Below, one piece after another: positions 54,293 to 64,000 of a stretch of DNA of 64,000 bases. Each line of letters opens with the position of its first letter. Positions within the stretch are counted from its first letter, which is position 1. The stretch spans positions 138,176 through 202,175 of the IMG/VR virus record IMGVR_UViG_3300031867_000003; one strand, written 5' to 3'. Both the position numbers and the translations under genes were made by a program. The notes below the pieces were generated by a model. That model did no database searches. It saw nothing but the letters and a program-made list of their open reading frames with translations, and was not told the origin of the DNA. The DNA comes from a virus. Lineage: Duplodnaviria > Caudoviricetes.

Positions 54293-57200
54293 ATGGAGGA
54301 ATATATCATGGGAAGAACATTGTACTTCGAGGGTGCTGGATGTGAAGGTACCAACGTAAATGATGTTGAGAACTGCCGTATCAGAACGGCATTCCGCACC
54401 GATGACGGAAGGGAATTCTATTTGGAACTCTTTTCCGGCTGTGAGAATTACCACCGGTATGACGCACCGCCGGGAGCCGTGAAAAAAGGATATGAGCGTG
54501 ACTATTACTACACTTGCTCGGACATGATCGTTGTAGATTTCTGCTTTGAGATCCACAATGGAAACGGAGATTGCAATACATACATCCACCCTATTGAACG
54601 CAAGAGAACCGGTTTGTCCTACACCAAGGCAAACATCCTCAAGCTAGTAAACGAGAATCTCGGATGTAGCTTTACGGATATGGTTGCTCTGCCCTGGTTA
54701 GCCGGATACCGTGTACATTCCGGCAATCCCAAACGGAAATATAATCTGATGGATGATTATACCGACATTCCGGAACGTACCGCAGAGCGAAACCGCATCT
54801 ATCATGAGGTCGCTCGTGACTATTTTAACCGGATTTACCAGTCCCACATCAAGGCAAATCCGCGAGTAGCTCGTCTACTTAGCAAGTACGAGACCTGGAG
54901 TCTTGTAAAGTGCACCGATAAAACAATTACAATCCGTTCTCATACGTACAAAGAACTGATTGATGATGCGGAGCGTGTCCATACATTCCGCGTTAATTAT
55001 TAAGAAGGGAGATGAGCTTATGCCTCCGCAGATAGTAACGAAAAAGGACGCATACGAAGCCGGCGGATACCGGGAACGCTATGCAATGGATAACGGTACA
55101 ATGGAAATCCGCACGGTAAACGGACACCGCTTGTGGATTTTCCGCTACTCAAAGGCAAATTCGTACCAGGATGCAAATGGTGCGACGTTCGATTGTAAGG
55201 AAAGGAAGTGGATCGGATAATGGCACTATTCGGCTTAGGCTTAATCATTGGCTGGCTCATCGGAGCTGTCATGATTGGTTTAGAATTCCAGAGAGAAAGT
55301 ATTAGCCTCAAGGGAAAGCGAGGTGGTAAATGTGGCTGATAAATTATTAAAGTACTGCTTAAAGAAACCATACTTCAAGCTAATGCAAACCTACAATGAT
55401 GTATACTGGGCGGTAAAGAAAACCGCCGTAAACTTCCTCTATGATACATTCTGTGATGAGGAAGTTCTGGAACCGGCACTGCTCCGGAAAGTAACCGATA
55501 TGATTCTCTCACTCAAGGGAAACGTAGCCAATTAACTAATAACAAAAAACTAATTATTAAATAAGCGAAAGGATAGGTGTGTATTATGACGAATAAAGAA
55601 GCAGTAAAGCAGATGGTAAAAGTTTTTGGTTTCGATTCCGTAATGGAAATGGTGGAAACCGTCCGGGATGAAATCCACGAGGAAGAGAAGAAGTACCAGC
55701 GGATAATTTCGCCGTATGAGTACAGTAGCACCGGACGTCAGGGGAACAGAGAAAAAGTTGTTTACCCAAATTGGGTGGAGGAAACCTACAATAAGGTACT
55801 TTCCCAAACAGGGATTGGATGCCATACTTATGGAAGCGGTGGTTCCAGGGGGTTAAAAATAACATATCCGTCGTTTGCGAAATACGTTATTTACACCTGT
55901 AATGACAACGGAATCACGTTGTCAAACATCCTTGAGGTGTTGGTGTCCGCTCCGGCTTGGTGTACCGGACACGGAATTACTCGTTCTCGTATGGAACTCG
56001 TATTCCATATCCTTGTACTTCATAGGGAAAGCACCGGGGCTGTTAAAGAGGAGTTAAAGAAACTCCTCAACAAGTATGACCCGGTTGCACTTAAGGTGTT
56101 CGCAAACGCCGATGATGATTACCGTCATACGTTGAACTACGAAGCGAAAATGATCGCATTCGCGGAGAAGAAGGTTCTGGAGAACATCCGCGAAGAGAAA
56201 CCGCGCTTCGAAGTGGTTGCCTAATCCTTGTGATTAGATAAAGCCGGTGATCCCATACCTCGCCGGCTTCAATGTAACCATAAGGTAAAATAATTTATAA
56301 GGAGATAACACCATGAAACTAAAAATCTTGTTACCCGAGATTGAGCGGCGCTATTCGCTCTACGTCAAGGATACCGAGTTCCGGTACTTCCTCTCAGAGG
56401 GAAAGGCAAATCATTGGTATGTAAAGGACTTCGCAACCTGGGCAGCGAATATCCTCAAGAACGCATTGTTCCGCCCGGAAGAAATCTGTGAGTGGTACAA
56501 AACCTATGAGTGCAATGACACGCATATTACAACGGTATTCAAGCATTTTATCAAAGAAAGGGGAATCATCTAATGGCAGCGAAATCAATTAAGGTAAGTA
56601 AGTGTAATGACAAACGCAAGTGCTTCGCCAAGGTGTTCGGCGGTTGCATGGCACTTGACACCACATATCCCGAGGGAAAGCAGTGCCCATTCTGCAAACC
56701 CACGAGAAATATCACAAATGGTAAAAAATACTCTTGACAAAGAGAAACTCTTGATTATAATTAATTATTAAAGGAGCGTGGCACTATGAAAAAAATATAT
56801 GCCAACATTATGATTGCCAAGGTATATAGTAATATCCTTGGCGAACTTAAAAAGAAACTCGTCATCTTCACTGACGGAAAGGTGTTTGAGGGTGCGCTGT
56901 TCTGGCCTATGGATTCCGACGATATGATTATGGAAGTTGTTTCCGTAGTCCATGCCGAAGGAAGTCCGTGGCAAGTTATCCTTAATGCATATGGCCTCCT
57001 CAAGGCAAACGGAATGCTTGCCAAGGATGACAAAACGTTACTGACAATGCTCCACTGGCAGCACGTCAATGGATTCTCCGAAGAGATGTTCATTGATGCT
57101 TATGGGGCAGAGAATGATACGGAGTATTTAGCCAAGGAGAGAGGAGATAATACCTATGTGGGAACTCCATATTAAAGATCAGTATGGGCAGATTGCCCAG

Positions 57201-59980
57201 ATTCAAAAAGAAACCCCGTCAACCGCAACTCCGGTGTACGATTCCATCACACCGAAAAACAAATGTGGTTATAACGATGCAAAGCTTACCGTCGGCTATT
57301 CAGTCGAATGGTTGCCGGAAGAGAACTCCGCGGCTTATGAAAACTCCCAGAAAGATACCGGTGGTCCAGACCCTTGGGAGTTAATGAATGAATACCAGAC
57401 GGATTCGCTTGGATTAGCTATCCGCCAGTTACTTCTCCGCACATTAGATCCACATGCCGACATGGCAAAGCTGTTCATGTGGATTACCACCGAGGACGGA
57501 CACCATGGGGCAGAAGCCACAACGGAAATCCCCGGTGACACAGTTCCGATGCTACGGAACATGGTCCAGGAGAATATTAATAAGCGAATTGACTCGCTTG
57601 AGAAAACTGTTGATAGCCTGGAAAAGGAGCTTGTATTGTACAAGTCATTTATTAAAAAGTATAACGGTGAAAAACTGTTTGACGAGTTCAGAAAGGAGAC
57701 TGAATAATGACAACAAAGCAAATCGCTCGCAACAGAGGAGCAAGACCGATGACTTGCGTGGATACTTTGTGTTGCAAAGCCTACAGTAACCCGGCGAAAA
57801 TCAAATGGAAACGTCAGTTCCGGTCATTGGCTCGGGACTTTCTGCTGACTGAAGTGGTTATTGATTCCATTATTTATGATGTGGAATCCGCAGCTAAGGC
57901 AAACGAGGGTAACAACGTCCGCTACGAAAAAGCACGTCAGAAAATGCTGAGAGCGGTGTTTGGATAATTTATTAAGGAGGTAGATACTATGAAACTTTAC
58001 TATGAGGAGACATACGGCAACTACTATGATGTAGATGCCGACAACCCCGAGGCCGCCGAAAAGGAATTACTCCGCTTAATCGGCGAAGGCAAAGAAAATG
58101 GCCCCGATCAGTGTGAGAACAGTGTGGTCGTTCCGCTCATTGGTAACGGAAAGCCGGACTTCCAGATTATGGGCGGACGAATCGACACCATGAGTGAAGA
58201 TGAAAAGAAGTTCTACTTGTGGCATCTACTCCGCTACTACTATAAACCACGGCTTATTGCTGACAAGGAAAAGTACGCCGGTAATCACGATACGGTTGAT
58301 ATGATTGATTCGCTACTCAATAAGGTAGACAAGATTGATACTCTTCTCTGCTATGAAATTTATTAAAGGAGGATGTCTATGAGTCAGATTGAATCCAAAG
58401 GAATCCGGTTCATCCGCTACTTCGGCGGACTGGTAGCCGGCAATCCAGAGAGAATTGAAATCCACACCTGTTGTGACGTTCTTATGGTTAATAACCCAGA
58501 GGATGTTGCACTGGTAAATAGTTTGGTTAAAGAAGCCAAACGGCTCAAGGTAGATACAAACAGCTACCTTGAGTACAAGCTGGTTGAAGAACATGATTGG
58601 TAGGAGGTAGCCATTATGACAAGAGAAGATATCAGATCCAACGTTGAGGGAATGGTTGAGAAGGCAATCGAAAATATATTTCTCAACATGCAGTATAGCC
58701 TGAATGTTACCGATGGGTTCATTGACCCGTGGGATTCATATAAGTTGGATGTAAAGGAATCGGAAATCACAGAAATGATTACCGACATACTTCTTAATCA
58801 GCCAAGAGAGGAGGAATACTGATGTATTGGCGAGTAGTTCTTGACTACGGAAACCGCCGGGAATATGTCCCCGTTCATTCCTCGGAGTTCGCGGCAAATT
58901 TAATCGCTAAGAACTACCGATTACTTGCCAAGGCAAACGGTGATACTGTAACCGTGATTACGGTTGAAAAGGTCATGGTTATCAATAACATCATTAGAAA
59001 TGTAGGGTGAGGTGATATTATGTTGAGATATTTGGTGACCTACAAAATTGAGGGAGAACTTAAAGACCCACAGATCTATACTAGCAACCAGATTTTTAAT
59101 ACCATGGATATGGATGATTGCTATGATGTGGAAATTGACCGCATCTACTTAATCTCCGCAGCTACTGCACCCATTGAGTGCAAATTCAAGGGAACTTGGT
59201 GTTGCAAAGATGAGGACGGCAGATGGGACGCACTCCGTATGGAGATTGTAGATAAAGAAACCGGTGAAGTTTACTCGGTCGGTCGCGGAACCGATCATTA
59301 AGGAGGGACACTGCGATGAGTAGAATTTATAAGGGAAAAATCAACTACACTATAAAGCCGACGCATCCAGATAAAGACTATGTCGTTGGCGGATGGAAAC
59401 CCGATAAGGTTTATTCATTTGAGGATGAATATAGATTTTCAGATTATTGCACTAATAACGAAGCAATGGAGATTATTAAAGACGATCTTCGACTGGTAGC
59501 CGGAGGTGGTTACAACTGGAATCACATTGATAATATTGAGTTTGTAATTAAGGAAGTGATATAATGCTGAGCATAGAATTTCAGCAACGGATTTATGAAG
59601 CCTACAAAGCAAACTGCGAAAATACCGTCCAGCATGGGCAGTACGAATATGCGATAGCAACAAATAGCTGTTGTACCATCCACACTTGGATAGTCCGACG
59701 GAAACGGATTAACCGCCCGGGAGGTGAGTGGCACTGGTTACAACCGCTTGACTTATCAATTTATTAAATGAGGTGATGGGTTATGATAAAACGCAAACTT
59801 ATTCAGTACATTGTAACACACATTGAGCCGGAAACAGCAACTCGGCTCAATCAGTTCCTCAAAGACCACGATCCTTACGAATATAGGGATAACGAAATGT
59901 CCCTCGACAAGGTAAAAGAAATGGATTGTGACACAGTCATTAACTATTTGTTAGATGTAATCGAAGAAATGGAGGACTAA
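54293..59980 (+). other. array of about 17 small co-oriented hypothetical early genes (e.g. 54293..55003, 55577..56224, 56313..56573, 56786..57175, 57156..57707, 57989..58366, 58373..58603, 59020..59301)
   Basis: Tightly packed ORFs, most with strong AGGAGG-type RBS; no internal TAG. Confidence 0.7.
56734..56761 (+). promoter_or_regulatory. internal sigmaA/70 promoter
   Basis: TTGACA-16bp-TATAAT upstream of 56786..57175. Confidence 0.65.
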
Positions 59981-59982
59981 TT

Positions 59983-60594
59983 ATGATTAACAAAGTTATT
60001 AACGTAAACGAGAACCACCCGATGCACGACAAGCTCATGAATATGATGAACAACACGACCGATGAGAATCTCATCATCGTAGCGCGCAGCTACAAGAACC
60101 GCAAAAATGATGCTATTGAACCGATTGAAGTAAAAAATGGTATTTACTTCTATGTTGCATACAATCTCGACGGTGCGCTTGCATTTCCGGCAAATGTAAC
60201 TCCGATGCAAATCGTCATAGCGAAATCCAATATGGCGGAGAAAGCTAGACTTGGCACAATGTTAGACGCACAGCTGACAGTTGGCGGTTTTGGTAGGTTT
60301 ATGAAACACGTAGACGAGTTCACTGCCTGGGATGAGCCGATGATATTGCTTACTACCGACGAACTTGCGAATGGTGCAGGAATTTTGTTAAACAAGTATG
60401 TTTTGTCAACTATCAAAGAGAAACTCGGAGATTACTACATCCTTCCGAGTAGCATCCATGAGTTACTCATTGTTCCGGCTCACATGATGAGTATCCTTGA
60501 TGCAACCGAAATGGTTGTGGGAGCAAACAGAGACGCTGTAACAGATGATGTGTACCTCGCTGACAGGGCATTCCATGTTGACGAGTGGCTTTGA
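59983..60594 (+). CDS. DUF5688-like protein
   Basis: NGA.ILL...LGDYYILPSSIHELLIVP...MV..AN. Confidence 0.7.
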   Translation: MINKVINVNENHPMHDKLMNMMNNTTDENLIIVARSYKNRKNDAIEPIEVKNGIYFYVAYNLDGALAFPANVTPMQIVIAKSNMAEKARLGTMLDAQLTVGGFGRFMKHVDEFTAWDEPMILLTTDELANGAGILLNKYVLSTIKEKLGDYYILPSSIHELLIVPAHMMSILDATEMVVGANRDAVTDDVYLADRAFHVDEWL

Positions 60595-61004
60595 TAAAAG
60601 TCGGATTTGAAGGGAGATGATAGCGTGAGAATTATTAATTGTAGTATTCCGAATTGCGTTCCTGAATATAACCGTAGTCGCTTCGAAGATGAAGCCCACG
60701 AAGCGGAGAAGGAATTCGAACGGTTGACCTGGTACGAAAAGAACAAAGCATACCGCCGGCAGAAATATATCGAAGGTTGCAATGAGTTGCGCTTCTATAC
60801 TAGCGTATGCGTGGATTGCCCATACGGGGAGGAAGCGATGCCGGAAAGCGAAATGGACGATATGCCCACTATGATTTGCAGCAATTGGAAAAGCTGTCCG
60901 GTGTACCGCAAAGATGTAGACGAACATTTCCCGACAACATCATGGGAAGAATATTGTAGCTGGCACGAAGAGTACGTTGAGAAGCTTAAGAAGGGAGAAG
61001 CGGA

Positions 61005-61310
61005 ATGGTGAAAGAAAGAGAATACGTAATCTACATGGCACCAATGAGTGTGAGTTACACATTCAGAGATTTTGAATGTGCCATGAAACACGGATGGAAG
61101 ATGAGCGATTACGTTCCGGTTTGGCGAGGAACAATATCAAGCGAAACGGTAAATGGTGCGCTTGAAAAACTGTTCGTCATATTCAATACAGATGAACGTC
61201 CGTCTCAGTATTGCGGAAGATCGTTAAGTATGTCGGATGTTGTAGTACTTGATGGGATTCCATACTACTGTGACGACATTGGATGGAGTGAATGCTCAAT
61301 TGATTATTAA
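61005..61310 (+). CDS. YodL-like protein
   Basis: LEKLF..FN..RP..Y.GRSLSMSDVVVL...YYCD.IGW. Confidence 0.8.
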   Translation: MVKEREYVIYMAPMSVSYTFRDFECAMKHGWKMSDYVPVWRGTISSETVNGALEKLFVIFNTDERPSQYCGRSLSMSDVVVLDGIPYYCDDIGWSECSIDY

Positions 61311-61328
61311 ACGAAAGGAGACTACCAC

Positions 61329-64000
61329 ATGAGAGTAACAACATACCGTAACAAGAGAAACCCTCACAAACTCCTCGATGTCAAGCATACCGCCGACCGT
61401 CACTACATGTGGCGGCAGCGGATAGTGTTTGATAATGGAGTAGCCAATCCTGTCGGCACTCCCCAGGGTGGATTTCGCCGGCAGAATAAGGCAACTATAG
61501 ACGAGGTTCTGAAAGATTATAAGGAGTGGTAACTATGGAGAATAATTCAGTCAGAATCAAGGTAGGTCAGACCTACACGGTCGGTAATGATTCGACAATT
61601 ATTTGGGAGTGGACATACAAAGGAAATGCACTCATCAGAGAAAGAATTATTGGGTACTACCACGGAGTACCTAATGATAATGACTTACGTGAATTTGCGT
61701 ATGGCGGAGTTGATGGACTGCTTGACGTAGATGATGTAGAGTTTGAATTTGAAGGGAGATAAATCATGGATTACGAAAAAGAAATCGAAGATAGTATCAA
61801 AGAAGCGATTAAAAATAATAGTTACATCGAAGCTGATTATGATGAAGATGTTCTTTTCCCGGAGGTAGAAGATGTCCAGACATTCGAAGAGGCAGACTTA
61901 TTAACAATGGATAATGGAGTTGTGGTCGACCTCAAAGACGGGACAAGAGTTTACTTGACAATTCAGGCATACAAATAAGGGGTGATTACATGACATTTAG
62001 AGATAGCGAAATAAACCAGATAGAAATCGACATGAATACATTATGGCTTTATGATGAAGAACAGCAAAGGGTGGTGGTTGATTTTTATCCAGGCTATTCA
62101 ATACGGAGACGAGTGCTAGATTTTCTCGGCTTGGATTTAGATAACGTGTTTACTGACATGTGGCTTGATGCCACGGCAATGATTGACCCGGAACGCCGGA
62201 TTGTAACGGGACTGTACTTCGAAGTTCCGCTTGATGAGTATAACGGGATGCCGCCAACGGAATTGTCACTGTTGATTACTAACTATCCTGAGGGTAAGTT
62301 GTTCTTCGACCGCCTGATGGAAAGCAGCAACGGCGCACTTGAAGATTTTATTAAAGAGTATAATGGTAGCATTAAACAGCCGAAGTTGACAGAATCCACT
62401 TACAAGACGGCATTGTGTGGCTAATGAAAACCGAGTTTAATCAAACAACGATTTGAAGGGAGAATGAACTATGATTAAAGATATTATTATGGATCTTATT
62501 GCAGACAACAAAGAAAATATGCACTATGTGTTAAATGAATATGACGAGGGATATACAGACGGATATCATGATGCGTTGGTAGATTTAATGAATAAACTGG
62601 GCATTGAACATAATGAGGAAATTATTAACCAGTAATAAAACGGTTATTTCATTAGTAGTATAGATACAACATATAGTATTTAAATAGAAAAAGGAGATAC
62701 AAGATATGGTAAAACTTACAGAACTTGGCAAGGCAGAAGTCAACACTTACATCCGTGAAGCAGAAGCCAAACGAAAAGAAATCCTCGATGCAAGAATTGA
62801 TACCGCCGATGGCACGTGGCTTCCCAACGAGGATGATATCTTGATGGATATTGAACACTTTGAGGAAGATGGAGAGTACTGCAATGGATGGGGAGTAACG
62901 GATAACTACAATGCAGATTATCCGCTCTATCTGAAACGTGGTGTCCATTACAACTGATAAAAGATAGGTTTGATGAAGGGAGAACGCACATGAAAAATGA
63001 ATTGGTGATCTGGATTGACGGCACTATGTCATATATTTATTTCAAGACAAATCAGACCAAGGCCGAAGATGCTCTTGCAGAATTTGATACATTAATGGAT
63101 CGGATTGGCGTGGATACATGCAATGTAGGCATCTCTGAGATTGAATTAAGAGATGCAAATACAAATGAAACTATTGATAAAGTTGTGTACTAATAAACAG
63201 CTTTTACAGAAGGGAGATAAAGCCAATGATCGAATGGATTCTTCAGTTGGAAGGTCAGAATATGTTACAAGTTCATTATTCAAGTGGATATGACCGTTAT
63301 ATATTCCCCGATGGTTATGGAAACTATGAAACAAATATGACACGACCGCAGCGGAATTTCATGGATAATTCCATAAAAGTAGAAATGCTTAATGCAGATG
63401 GTTGGTATAGAAAATTCTATTACTGGTTGGATAAAGATAATCCAAATAAAGGAATCATGTCACAGGTTAGAATTAAAAATCAGTTGTATGGAAATCGTTA
63501 ATTATTAAAAGGAGATGGTGTTATGAAATTATATTGGCCGATGGCAATTATTGTAACAGACGATGGCCCCGATCAGTTATTCACATATGATTGCGCATTA
63601 ACGTTTGAAAAGGCAGAGAAAGTATTCGATATTTGGGAGAATGATTATAAATATAAAATCGCCGCCCGATGGATTGATGTTGATAATGATGGAATTAAAG
63701 ATAGGTCATTCAAGAGAATTAATCTTGAAGCTGTAAAGGAACTGTGGGAACAGTTTGGAGATGTACCTATGAATCCCGAAACAGAATGTATTGAAACATA
63801 TTGGGGGAGTTTGCTGTGGAGCGAACATTTCCGTCCAGGTACTCACAGAGAAGAGATTTGGCACTGGTTCGAAGATACTTTTGATATTAGTGTTGCGGAA
63901 GATTTGATGTGATAATACAGCTTTTATAGGAGGAGAACAGTTATGAATGAATTAAAAATTGAATTCAGTAACGAAAGTTTTTTATATTTTAAAACCAACA
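61329..64000 (+). other. further small hypothetical early genes (61329..61532, 61766..61978, 61990..62424, 62706..62957, 62990..63193, 63226..63501, 63523..63912 and a partial ORF)
   Basis: Co-oriented ORFs with RBSs, TAA/TGA stops. Confidence 0.7.

Noticed and set aside
51249-63343. Numerous minus-strand ORFs in the early arm
   Set aside because: They overlap RBS-led plus-strand genes and lack their own RBS; shadow ORFs

Overview
The whole window is a segment of a large SPbeta-like (YonO-type RNA polymerase) siphophage or prophage, probably of a gut Firmicute, that reads TAG as Gln (genetic code 15) in its late genes. The supplied code-11 ORF track therefore fragments about 20 minus-strand genes. 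Read with TAG=Gln, 1-49.4 kb (minus strand) is an ordered arm. From right to left it holds RepL-like/HNH/hypothetical genes, a YonO-like RNAP, HU, PIN-PhoH, ClpP-like protease, phosphoesterase, tRNAs, putative terminase small and large subunits, portal, protease/scaffold, capsid, head-tail and tail genes, IscS, a tyrosine recombinase, RusA and the start of a very large tape-measure-like gene. 50.4-64 kb (plus strand) is a divergent, more GC-rich early arm of small genes with no internal TAG. Highlight: an amber-suppressor tRNA gene (26511-26827, minus) whose CUA anticodon is split by a 231-nt group I intron, so the anticodon exists only after splicing. This is a candidate splicing-gated genetic-code switch for the late programme. 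Three more group I introns interrupt virion genes, two of them flanking an 18-nt micro-exon. The window also has several free-standing homing endonucleases, two with displaced host-gene ends, a recurrent palindromic-loop/anti-RBS RNA motif, and an intact IS21 with a 6-bp TSD. All calls come from reading the sequence by hand; no searches were run.
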